Shown here piece by piece: positions 24,471 to 36,563 of a DNA stretch of 37,196 bases (position 1 is its first letter; each line of letters opens with the position of its first letter). Made by a program: the position numbers and the translations under genes. A model generated the notes under the pieces. It made no database searches. It was given only the letters and a program-made list of their open reading frames with translations, and had not been told where the DNA came from. The DNA lies in the NCBI RefSeq assembly GCF_004010195.1, contig NC_057718.1:1818800-1855995 (forward strand), given 5' to 3'. The stretch is from Chiloscyllium plagiosum (Eukaryota).

Positions 24471-25294
24471 CCCATGATTACTGTGCACATTTAAATGAGA
24501 CGGGATCAGATACTTACTGCGAGGGTTGCATGGGAAATCATTGGTTATTATATTGATGCATTTACGTAGAATACATTCTCCATGTTTTGTTGTAATGTTG
24601 CAAAGAGAAAAAAATGTATGAAACTAAAATGTAAATCTCATGATACTTGTTACAAAGACAAAATTACTTTGTGATTATTGGAATGACAATGAATTGATAA
24701 TTAATGTTAGAACTCTGACAAAGGTAAATGATTCAACATTTTCAAATTAGCTTGCTCTGATGTTGATTAGATATTCAGTAAGATCAGTGAACTGAGGGAT
24801 AAGAATGCTGGGTTGATGGTTTGACAAAAGACGTTCGACATTCAGAGATTATTGATCAGAATCGTTTCGTTATTTATAATCTCAGCTATAAAAGACTTTT
24901 GTAATTCCTCTCCCTGCTTTTCTTCTGGAGAAATAAAAAAATATTTTTCATTTTGTTTTCATATTGAGATATTTGAGTCTGAGTTGGGAAGAAAACAATG
25001 AGATAAGGAATACACCATAGAAACATACAGTTAACAACAGTTACAAAGACACTTGCAAAATTTTCTCTGGATGAACAGATAAATAAATTTAATAGCAATT
25101 CAAAATATTTGCATCTATTGATGTACTGAACCACATATGCACTTCTGTCATGTTGGGTGGACTGGAAATCTATTGAAAAACTAACAAATATTCCGGACTG
25201 TCACCATCTAGATGGATGTTATTATCAGCATCCTTAGCTGTTAGTGTCATTATCAGTCTGATAAACATACTGTTGAAATTATAAGGAAATATAA

Positions 25295-26715
25295 GATTAA
25301 GATTGATAAGTCTTTGGGGCCAGACCAGATTTATCCTAGGCTGCTCCGGGAAGCGAGAAAGGAGGTTGCTAATCCGCTGGCGAGGATATTTGTCTCCTCA
25401 CTCTCTACGGGAGTCGTACCGGAGGATTGGAAGGAGGCGAATGTTGTTCCCCTTTCCAAGAAGGGTAATAGGGAAATCCCTGGCAATTACAGACCAGTCA
25501 GTCTTACGTCTGTGGTCAACAAAGTTTTGGAAATAATTCTGAAGGATACAATTGATGACTATTTGGCAAAGCATAGCATGATTAAAGGCAGTCAGCATGG
25601 CTTTGTGAGGGGCANNNNNNNNNNNNNNNNNNNNNNNNNNNNNNNNNNNNNNNNNNNNNNNNNNNNNNNNNNNNNNNNNNNNNNNNNNNNNNNNNNNNNN
25701 NNNNNNNNNNNNNNNNNNNNNNNNNNNNNNNNNNNNNNNNNNNNNNNNNNNNNNNNNNNNNNNNNNNNNNNNNNNNNNNNNNNNNNNNNNNNNNNNNNNN
25801 NNNNNNNNNNNNNNNNNNNNNNNNNNNNNNNNNNNNNNNNNNNNNNNNNNNNNNNNNNNNNNNNNNNNNNNNNNNNNNNNNNNNNNNNNNNNNNNNNNNN
25901 NNNNNNNNNNNNNNNNNNNNNNNNNNNNNNNNNNNNNNNNNNNNNNNNNNNNNNNNNNNNNNNNNNNNNNNNNNNNNNNNNNNNNNNNNNNNNNNNNNNN
26001 NNNNNNNNNNNNNNAGGAACAGAGGGATCTGGGTGTGCAGGTACATAGATCCCTCAAAGTTGCCACCCAAGTGGATAGGGTTGTTAAGAAAGCGGATGGT
26101 ATTTTGGCTTTCATTAACAGGGGTATCGAGTTTAAGAGCCGCGAGGTTTTGTTGCAGCTCGACAAGTCCCTGGTGAGACCACACTTGGAATATTGTGTCC
26201 AGTTCTGGTCGCCCGGCTATAGGAAAGATACAGAGGCTTTGGAGAGGGTGCAAAGAAGGTTTACCAGGATGCTGCCTGGACTGGAGGGCTTGCCTTATGA
26301 AGAAAGGTTGAATAAGTTCGGACTTTTCTCTCTGGAGAGAAGGAGGAAGAGAGGAGACCTGATCGAGGTATACAAGGTAATGAAAGACCTGGGTAGAGTC
26401 AATAGCCAAAGACTTTTCCCCAGGGCAGGATTGACTGGTACGAGAAGTCATAGTTTGAAGATATTAGGAGGAAGGTGTAAAGGAGATGTCAGGGGTAGGT
26501 TCTTTACAATGATTTATGAATGCATGGAATGTGTTGCCAGCTGTGGTGGTGGACGCAGAGTCATTTGGGACATTTAAGTGACTGCTGGACATGCACATGG
26601 ATAGCAGTGAGTTGAGGGCTGCGTAAATTAAGTTGTTTTTACATTAGGATTAATCCTTGGCACAACATGGTGGGCCAAAGGGCCTGTTCTGTGCTGTGCT
26701 TTGCTATGTTTCTAT
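25295..26715 (+). mobile_element. 5'-truncated CR1 LINE spanning a gap
   Basis: GPDQIYPRLLRE...PGNYRPVSLTS...QHGFVRG, RPHLEYCVQFWSP, and a CR1 3' tail. Confidence 0.93.
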
Positions 26716-29137
26716 ATCTCTTGCATGTCTTCTGGATGAGGTGATAACCAGATGTTTGTCGTGGTTATTCATCCAAAGAACAATAAGATTCCTTTGGAGA
26801 GTATTCAATATTTTCAAGCAATTTACACTGACATTGATTAGATATTCATTGAGATAGATAAGCTGAGAATTAGAAAGGTTTGTTGAATTGTAAAAGGATA
26901 TTTTACATTTAGTGATTATTGGAAAAAAGAACTCTTTCTGCCTTCAAATGTATAGGCTGTTCAAGAATTCTATAGGTCTTGAATTGCTTTTCTATATGCA
27001 CTCCTTTATAGTGCATATAATTTTTATTGTGATCTGTATTTTAAGATTTGTAACAAAATTAGGAAGAAAATAAGAAACAATTAGCATGAACATTTCAGTG
27101 ATTGAAAGACACAATAAATTGAATGTGGAGTTGCAACTGTCAGTATTTGCTCTGAATAAGCAGACAGATATTTTTAATGGACATGAGTTCAAACTCTTTG
27201 CATCTACAGTTGCACTGTTTGAAAACTTGCAAAAATCAGGATTATCAACATCTCAATATATGCTGCGGTTAGCATCCTTGGCTAATTGTAACAAAATATA
27301 ATTATTGGTTTCAGCAACATGTACCATGTGTGATTACTGAACCGATACAGAGTCAGAGTTGGTGGGGGGGTCTATAGTGCAATCCCAATAAGATGATCAT
27401 CCCTGTCTTATTTCTCAGTTCCACCCAAATAACCCATATGTAAAAAGATCAGGATTGTATTTACTGGATGGAATGATAACCAAATGCTTACTTTGGTTAT
27501 TGCTCTGAGCAACAATAAGATACTTATTCAGGTTATTTTACTGAACAGCAGTTAGATGATCAGAGAGACCTTTGTGCTCAGAAATGCAGCTGATTGAAAA
27601 ATTGATAGAAAAATTGTCTGTTTCTTCCATTGGGTTTCTTGTGGAGACATGCATTTTTAATTTATGTAATTTTAATCATGATCAATATTTAGACATTTTC
27701 ATAAAAATTATGAAGAAAAGAGGGAGATAGTGAATGTGAGTATTATAGTGAACAAAAATATTTGGTCGAGAAAGGAATTTTCATAATTGCGCGATTATTA
27801 TACAATGGACAAATAATGTCGGGATAGATAAAAAATAAATGTATTCAAAGCATGTTTTTTCTTGCAATGAAATGAAAATAAAAATCATGATTTGGAAAAT
27901 AAATTCATTTAATGTGATATATCATCTGAAGACTGTGCTTTTTCCAAAAAAATGCTGTTCTTTCAAGATTTAAATTTGTTGGACTAAAAATGAATGGAAG
28001 CAACTTAATTATTTTCTTGCCCACAAAATAAATTCAAGGCAAAGTTAAAACATTTCTGCATAAAAAAAATGAGGCAGTGTGATCACTCCAAACGCAATGA
28101 GCATTTGTATTGAATTGAAATATAATCAAAGCAAATCAATTAGGATTCCACTTTTAAAATGCAAGTCAGCATTTGCTGTGATTGGGAAACTGTGCAGTGC
28201 AGTGTGTTGGCATCAGTTCATGTACTGAGACATAATACACACTTAAAGCTGGATGTACTGGATTCGAGCAATTATTGAATACGAGATATAACCAAGAATT
28301 AAAAACAATTCGTGCCAAATGTAAAAATGATGAGTACTCTAATATTGTTATGTTTCTGTGAAATATTTAGAAACGTACAGTAATTACTGGAGCGTTAGAA
28401 TCAGACATGTCTGAAGTTAGAAGTCTGATTTTTAATCCAAAGATTACTGTGAGTAGTCAAGTGGAAAAGGATCAGACACTTACTCTGAGTGTTGGATAGG
28501 ACATCAATGATTGTTTTGTGAGTATGTTGACCCGGAATAAATAATCCACGTGTCGTTATAATATTGACAAGAAGAAGTAATGGATTGAATAAATGTGAAT
28601 CTCATGATGCACATTACAAAGACTAATCTGTATCAACTGTGTGATTATTCTAATGACAATGAATTGATAATCAATGTTAGCATTCTGACAATTTTAATAA
28701 TTCAGTATTTTCAAACTAGTTTGTTCTGAATGTTATTCATTAAGATCAGTAAACTGAAGGTTAAAAAGCTGCATTAATGGTTTGAAAGCAATATTAGGCA
28801 TTCAGTGATTGTTGATCAGAGTTGTTTTATCATTCAGAATTCTCAACTATTCAAGAATTCTTCACTTCATTTCTCTGCTTTTCTTCTGGAGAAAAATCAT
28901 ATATAATTCTTGTGATTTTTCATATCATCCCTGTTTAGACAATTGCGTCTGAATTAGTAAGAGAGTAAGTAGGCAGGGAATATGAGTACCATAGAAAGAT
29001 AACAGTCGTTGTCACTGAGAGACGAATCTCTTCAGTGCCTGCTCTGAATAAACAGATCAATACGTTTTATGGAGATGTGTTCAAAACATTTGCAGCCATT
29101 GGTGTACTGAGACTCGATTATCATTTTGTAGTGATAT

Positions 29138-31747
29138 AATTCTATATTTATAGTGGCTACAGAATTTGCACGATTATAAATATTATATATTAACAACAAT
29201 TAGATTTAAAAACAGCTACTAGTGAGCTAAGAATGAGGAAAAGTCTCACATTGTAATGTGTCAAAATGAACAATACATATTAGAGTGAATGCAATTCGAC
29301 AGATTTTAATTTGGAAGGCTGAACAGTAATCTCATGATTGCACTGAGTATTCAAATGAGAAAGAATCAGATAATCATCACTTGTGATCAATGGGAAATCA
29401 GTTGTTGTTTTGTCGGTGTATTGGCACAGAAAATAGTAATTTATTTTAATTTACAATATTGTGCATGAAGAAATAATGGATTAAATTAAAATGTGAATGT
29501 CACGATAATTGTTAGAAAGACAAAGCTGAATAGCTGTGTAATTATTGGAATGACAAGTTGATAACTACCATTAGAATTCCAACAAGCAAAACAATTTGAT
29601 ACGTTCAAAGCAGTTTGCTCTGACATTTATTCAATATTAATTAAGATCAGTAAACTTAGGATTAAAATTCTTGGTTGATGCATTGAAAAAAGTATTAGAC
29701 ATTCAGTAATTATTCAAAAGAATTGCTTCTTGTTCTAAATTGCAAATTGAAGAGTTCTACATTTCTATTGGATTATTGTTGAAAAAAGTAATTTATAATT
29801 TGAGGATGATCAATATTTAGATATTTGCCACAGAATTAGGCAGAAATTAAGTCGGAACTGAATGTGAATATTAGTGACTGAAAGATGTAGTCATTAATAG
29901 TGGCAATTTAAAAATATTTAAGTATTTAAATCTAATTAAGCAGATAAATATGTTTAATGGACATGCATTGAAAATGTTTGCAGCTTCTGATGTATGGAGC
30001 CAAAATAACACATTAACAACAATGATTGGATGCATACCTACTGGAAACCTTGCGAATACTCAGGATTATCAACATCTGGATATATGTTGCTATCAATTTC
30101 CTCAACCATTAATAATAACGTGTGCTTTTTGGTCTCAGCAACATGTATTGTGTGTACTTGCTGAATTGAAAAATAAGAAAATATCAATTGCGTTTGTTGG
30201 AGGTGATGTTAACCAAATGTTTAATTGTCTTGTGTATTTATTGATGAGACGTCATTGTCATTGGATGGACCAACATTTATTGTCTATCCCTAAATTCTCA
30301 GAGGGCAGAGAAGTGTTGACCACATGGTGTGGGTCTGGAGTCATAGAGAGGCCAGTTCAGGTAAGGATGGCAGATTTCCTTCTCTAAAGGACAAGAACAA
30401 TAACATAATTACTAACAGTTTTCTACATAACAATAATTAGATGATTATAAAGACCATTCTTGTTGTTTTGTGAGCAATACTTATGTGTGCATTGATTTTA
30501 ATAAAGTTAAGATAATTTGCATGATTTAGGAACCAATTAATCATCAGATATCAGAGGTCTTAATTGACATCAATAAACTTTGAAATTCACTCAAACCGTT
30601 TGGCGAAATGTATGGAAAATCATCAAACCATTCATAAGACATAAAAAACCAATATTCAAGTAAGCAATAACAATATTGTCGAATAATTTCAAACTCAGTC
30701 AAGATCATTAGTTGAGTGGAAAAATAAAGTCAGGTTTATGACAATTCATGAATGAACAATAAGTAGAAATTTAACTTGTTCAAACGACTTTCACAAGAAA
30801 TGTAAAAGAAATACAAGAAAACACATTGAAATGATCGATAAGTGTTGAGATATTCATAGACTTATGTTGATTCACTGATCCGAGACATTTAAAACAGTGG
30901 TCTCATGGTTCATGATTTAAGCAATAACTATGATGGCTACACAGAACAAGAATTAGTCATTTCACCCCCTCACTGTTGTCTCCCGTTGTACACATTTACT
31001 TACAGTATTTCATTGAGCATTTCTGTAGTTTGACAATCAGTACAAAATTAGAACTGTTATTGAATTCAACATTAAATTGGTACTTGCTACATTTCTGTAA
31101 ATTAATGCAAGTTAAAAAATAACAATAACAATAAGACAATGATAAATTTGTTTCTGTTCCTGATAACTGCATAACATTTTTCAAAATCAGTCTGTCTAAC
31201 AATATTTGCACAGTCAGATCACTGGGTTGAAAGCAGTTAGATATTTTGATGTTACTATTGACGATTAAAAACCAATATATATTTCAACCTTTTGAGCGAT
31301 ATTCCTTGTAATGATTGGATTGAACAGGTAAAGGGGATTTCCAGGGATTGATGAACTGATATATGGTTAGATGTTCCAATGATTGTCGGAAAAAATACTT
31401 CAATCTCAAAGACATTTCCGAAAGTGAACAGTAACCAGCCTTTGAATGCATTTCGGAGAAAGTGAGGACAGCTCCCCGCCCACAAGCCTCTTTCCCCATG
31501 AAGGGCTTATGCCAGAAATGTCGACTCTCCTGCTCCTCAGATGCTGCCTGACTTGCTGTGCTTTTCCAGCACCACACTCTCGACTTTGAATGGCTGTAGA
31601 CTGGCAAAAATGAGATCTGTCCAACTGCTACTGGTCAGAAGAACGTAAAAGATAGATTTTAACTTTGGAAAATGAATGGTCTGTATTGGAGTGACAAACA
31701 TTTAGAGGTTCTGGGATTTTATTGGTATGGGGAATAATCAAACATTT
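29138..31747 (+). repeat. Right arm of the inverted duplication; lacks 18314-18706 of the left arm
   Basis: Deletion junction atacaagaa|aacacattg at 30819/30820. The arm ends at the gap. Confidence 0.93.
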
Positions 31748-32448
31748 NNNNNNNNNNNNNNNNNNNNNNNNNNNNNNNNNNNNNNNNNNNNNNNNNNNNN
31801 NNNNNNNNNNNNNNNNNNNNNNNNNNNNNNNNNNNNNNNNNNNNNNNNNNNNNNNNNNNNNNNNNNNNNNNNNNNNNNNNNNNNNNNNNNNNNNNNNNNN
31901 NNNNNNNNNNNNNNNNNNNNNNNNNNNNNNNNNNNNNNNNNNNNNNNNNNNNNNNNNNNNNNNNNNNNNNNNNNNNNNNNNNNNNNNNNNNNNNNNNNNN
32001 NNNNNNNNNNNNNNNNNNNNNNNNNNNNNNNNNNNNNNNNNNNNNNNNNNNNNNNNNNNNNNNNNNNNNNNNNNNNNNNNNNNNNNNNNNNNNNNNNNNN
32101 NNNNNNNNNNNNNNNNNNNNNNNNNNNNNNNNNNNNNNNNNNNNNNNNNNNNNNNNNNNNNNNNNNNNNNNNNNNNNNNNNNNNNNNNNNNNNNNNNNNN
32201 NNNNNNNNNNNNNNNNNNNNNNNNNNNNNNNNNNNNNNNNNNNNNNNACTATTGAGCTTTGAAAAGCAAAATATATTTCAATCTCTTGAGCGATATTCAG
32301 TGTAATGGCTGGACTGACGGGTTAAAGGGGATTTACCGTGATTGATGAACTGATATATGGTTAGATGTTCCAATGATTGTTGGACAGAGACTTCGATTTT
32401 GAATTCACTCAATAAAATGAACAGTAACCAGCCTCTGATTGAACGTAG

Positions 32449-32660
32449 AGGAGAAAGTGAGGGCTGCAGATGCTGGAGATCAGAGCTGAAAATGTGTTGC
32501 TGGAAAAGCGCAGCAGGTCAGGCAGCATCCAAGGAGCAGGAGAATCGACATTTCGGGCATGAGCCCTGAAGAAGGGCTCATGCCCGAAACGTCGATTCTC
32601 CTGCTCCTTGGATGCTGCCTGACCTGCTGCGCTTTTCCAGCAACACATTTTCAGCTCTGG
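32449..32660. mobile_element. Young Penelope family A inverted-pLTR hairpin element with an intact hammerhead core (32566-32593)
   Basis: Nearly perfect inverted arms. TSD ttgaacgtag at 32439-32448 and 32661-32670. Confidence 0.88.
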
Positions 32661-33129
32661 TTGAACGTAGGCTAGCAAAACTGAGAATATGACCAACTGT
32701 TACTGGTTAGAAGAAACATGCAGAAATTATCAAAGATTTCAACTTTGGAAAATGAACAGGAAGTATTGGAGTGAAAAGCATTTAGAGATTCTGAGAATTT
32801 GTTGAGGTAAGAAATAATCATATATTTGTGATGTTTGTTCAATAGGAGTATAATTGTACGATTACTGTGGTTCCTGGTGCAATGAATAGAATGATGGTTT
32901 TGAGAATTTGGACTGAAAATAATGAAATGGATGATTAAAACTCACTTCACCTGTAAACCTGGATAGTTTTAATATAATTCACTTAAGGTAATGATAATGA
33001 AGGTTAGAATTCTAACAAAGGAAACAATTCAATATTTTCAAAGTTGCTTGCTCTGCTATCAATTGGATATTTATTAAGCTCAGTATACGGAGGGTTAAAA
33101 TGCTATGTTGTTAGATTGGACAACACTGT

Positions 33130-33412
33130 GGGTGGCACGGTGGCTCAGTGGTTAGCACTGCTGCCTCACAGCGCCAGAGACCCGGGTTCAATTCCCGCCT
33201 CAGGCAACTGACTGTGTGGAGTTTGCACATTCTCCCCGTGTCTGCGTGGGTTTCCTCCCACAGTCCAAAGATGTGCAGGTCAGGTGAATTGGCCATGCTA
33301 TAATTGCCTGTAGTGTTAGGTAAAAGGGGTATGGGTGGGTTGCGCTTTGGTGGGTCAGTGTGGACTTGTTGGGCTGAAGGGCCTGTTTCCACACTGGAAG
33401 TAATCTAATCTA
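33130..33412 (+). mobile_element. HE1-type V-SINE, near full length
   Basis: ggtggcacggtggctcagtggttagc...gggttcaattcc head, V-domain and (taatc)n tail. Confidence 0.92.
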
Positions 33413-33953
33413 AAGCATGAATCATTCAGTGATTTTTAAAAAGAATTATTTTTTGTCCAAATTATCAGCTGGTCAAGAATTCGATATTTCATTCTGTTGG
33501 ATTTTTTATCGAGTAAGTAATTTAAAATTTATTTGAATTTTAGTCTGATCGTTCTTCAGACTTTCTCTGTCAGAATTAGGAAGAAAATAAGTGGAAAATG
33601 AACCTGAGTATAAATGAAAGACACAGTCTACAACATTTACCGAGGCAGTTGTTTGATTTTGCTTGAATAAACAGGTTTCTAAAATGTCTGTAGGTGCTGA
33701 TAAACTGGGCCAAGATGACCCATTTACCGCAATGATTATTAACAAGAAGCCATGTGTTGTATTTATTGGACTGAAGGATAAGCAATTGTTCACTGCCGTT
33801 ATTGAGCCCAAGCACAATAAGATGATGACTATGAGTATTCCACTCATGAGGAATCAGATGATCATGAAGACCAATGTACAGCTTTAGTGCAGTGTTTAGT
33901 GTGTGAATTGATTCAAATAATGTTTAAATTTAGCATGGTTTAGGAACCGATCA

Positions 33954-35284
33954 AAAATCCAATGTTAAACGTCACAATTGCAGTCAACAAATGTTTAACA
34001 TTCAGTCAAATTGTTCAGTGAAAGGCATTTAGAAACATCATGTGATAAGTGAGAGAAATACCAAATCTATATTCATGTGAACACAAAATATTTCCAGTTT
34101 GCTGTCAATATGAAGAGGCGAGAAATAAATTCTGACAAATCTCTGGCAAACCATGAACTGTACACGAAGGAGAAAGTTAATTTGATCAAAGGATATGGCA
34201 ATATTTAGGCAAATTACGGTATTTCATTATAAAGTGCAGGTCAGTGATGAAACTGGAGATTAATATGAAGTGAGAATTGTCTATTTCCCCGCACTGGAAA
34301 TGAATGCTGTTTGCCTCTTTATGAGATTGGGGAATAAGGATTTAAAGAATGGAACTGTTGCTCTGAGCAATAGTAATTCTCTAAATGTCTTTTTTCAATG
34401 CTTTTGCTATATTAGATTTCAGAATAAACAGTATTTAGACATTTTTGCATTGATTAGCAATACAATCCTACTGCTCACTGTTTGAAAAAGTAATTGGATG
34501 TATTTAGCAGTTCGGTTTAAACAATAATTGAAACTGTATTTTTGTTAGACATTTCAATCTTAAAACTGGACATTTGTCAAATACCTTCCAGGAATATAAA
34601 GCCAGCATGATTAGATAGATATGTCTATAAAAATCCGATGTTAAACGTCAACAAATGTTTAACATTCAGCCAAATTGTTCAGTGAAAGGCATTTAGAAAC
34701 ATCATGTGATAAGTGAGAGAAATACCAAATCTATATTCATGTGAACACAAAATATTTCCAGTTTGCTGTCAATATGAAGATGAGAGAAATAAATTCTGAC
34801 AAATCTCTGGCAAACCATGAACTGAACACGAAGGAGAAAGTTAATTTGATCAAAGGACATGGCAATATTTAGGCAAATTATGGTATTTCATTATAAAATG
34901 CAGGTCAGTGATGAAACTGGAGAATAATATGAAGTGAGAATTGTCTATTTCCCTGCACTGGAAATGAATGCTGCATGCCTCTTTATGGGATTGGGGAATA
35001 AGGATTTAAAGGTCTGAACTGTTGCTTTGAGCAATAATAATTCTCTAAATGTTTTTTAAAATGTTTTTTTTAAAATTCGATTTCAGAATAAACAGTATTT
35101 AGACATTTGTGTGTTAATTAGCAATATAATCCTACCGCTCGTTGTTTGAAAAAATAATTGGGTGTACTTAGCTATTTGGTGTAAAGAATAATTGAATCTG
35201 TAAGCTTGTTAGACATTTCAATCTTTAAGAATGAAAATTTTCCAAATATTTTCCAGGAATTTAAAGCCAGCATGATTAGATAGA
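33954..35284 (+). repeat. ~660-bp direct tandem duplication inside the LRR array (33954-34620 / 34629-35284)
   Basis: Both units run aaaatcc(a/g)atgttaaacgtc...aaagccagcatgattagataga. Confidence 0.92.
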
Positions 35285-35409
35285 CACTTCGATTAGAGAC
35301 CTGAAGAAAATGATGCTGTGATTACTGGAACTAATAACAGATTGAAGTGGACCTAATTTTGGATTGGAAAGCAGTTCAGTCTCTGCTGACATATTTTCGG
35401 ATCAACACT

Positions 35410-35507
35410 AAGAGCTGCTCTGACACATCTGTGTTGAAGGTGGGATTTGAACACATGCCTCCTGGTCTGGTAGGAGAGACACTACCAGAACTCCACAACA
35501 GCCCTCC
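35410..35507 (-). mobile_element. Old tRNA-derived SINE head
   Basis: Minus strand tggtagtgtctctcc...gtgttcaaatcccacc (B-box). Confidence 0.55.
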
Positions 35508-36354
35508 ATAATGTTCCCACCCAGGAAGCGCAGGGCTATACTCACATGCTTACTGGGGTTACTCAGCTGAAAACTAATCAGATATTTATTGTAATAATTG
35601 TACTGCAAATTAACAGGTTTCTGTGTATAATGGACTGTCAAAAACAACTAGAAACTTGCAGCAATGATGTAACTGAGCAATAATGAACTTAATTAAACAC
35701 GACTCTCATGACATTTGGGGGAAAGAAGCATCAATGTCATCATGTGATTATTATTCATTGATAAGTAATATCAGAATAAAAATAAATAAAACGATTCAAC
35801 ATGTTCAAAGCTGTTTGTCCTGAAATGAAAATTAAAATGTTTCTGGAGAATAAATGATTGGATTAAAAGAATTAATCTTTTAATGTGACAAATCAGCTGG
35901 AAACATTTTACAAAAATGTCAGATATCCAATAATTCAAAATCCAACATTCATGTTGAACGAAATGACAAGGTTATGAAATTTTTCTTGTGTATAGAATCA
36001 ATTGAAATTTAGATGACTTTTAATGTGAAAAAATATGTAACAATTGGTACGATCATGAGAAATACAAAACAAATTTGTCATGAAGTGAAACATGATGAAC
36101 TGGATTCAACGGTTAAAATAAAAATTGATATTCCCCATGTAGCTTTTCACTCGAATACTCATAAAGTATCAATTTATTACCATCAATGAATAATTCTGTC
36201 TCCAAATTGTGTCACATTCATTTGTTTCAGTGGGATAGATGACATTAATATTCCCTGGTTACTATCGCTGGGATCACAGGAAATATCTAATTTTCCAGCC
36301 GTTAGAAATTGTAACCAAAATGACTTGGCCCTTCGACCAGCAGAATGGATACTT

Positions 36355-36563
36355 GCCAGAAACTGCTGGAGAATCTCAGGAGGAGGGTCTGTGGAGAGAA
36401 AGCCGAGTTAACATTTCGAGGTTTCTCAGTTGTGAAAAGTTTGCCACGGGGCTGGGAAATGGTACTCCTGCTTTCTCAGAAGCTGCCAGACTTACCGAAC
36501 TTCTGCAGCACTTTCTGCTTTTGTTTCAGATCTTCGGCATCCACAGGTCTGTGCTTTATTTTA
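36355..36563. mobile_element. Older inverted-pLTR-type hairpin repeat
   Basis: agaaactgctggagaatctcag...tctgtggagagaaa is inverted against gctgccagacttaccgaacttctgcagcactttctg. Confidence 0.6.

Noticed and set aside
29590..29860. TIR-like reading of module M1 (KQFDTFKAVCSD..; SDVDWILIK.. at ~22980)
   Set aside because: The spacing is off and there is no RDF/PG, SxWC or FW box. Alternative frames give an LRR pattern (NSIFSKL..LDI..KISKL) and the module is flanked by LRRs. A TIR HMM on the consensus would settle it.
30454..30570. Apparent transmembrane helix TILVVL*AILMCALILIKL
   Set aside because: It contains stops, and paralogous copies (~33860, ~16600 minus) read as LRR-like (CLNLAWFRNR) rather than hydrophobic helices.
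33023..33110. Signal peptide + LKCY (Ly6/three-finger-like) reading
   Set aside because: There is no start codon or downstream cysteine pattern, and it is not conserved in other M1 copies.
33130..33200. tRNA gene (also 2100-2175)
   Set aside because: The A/B boxes belong to the tRNA-derived head of HE1 SINEs.
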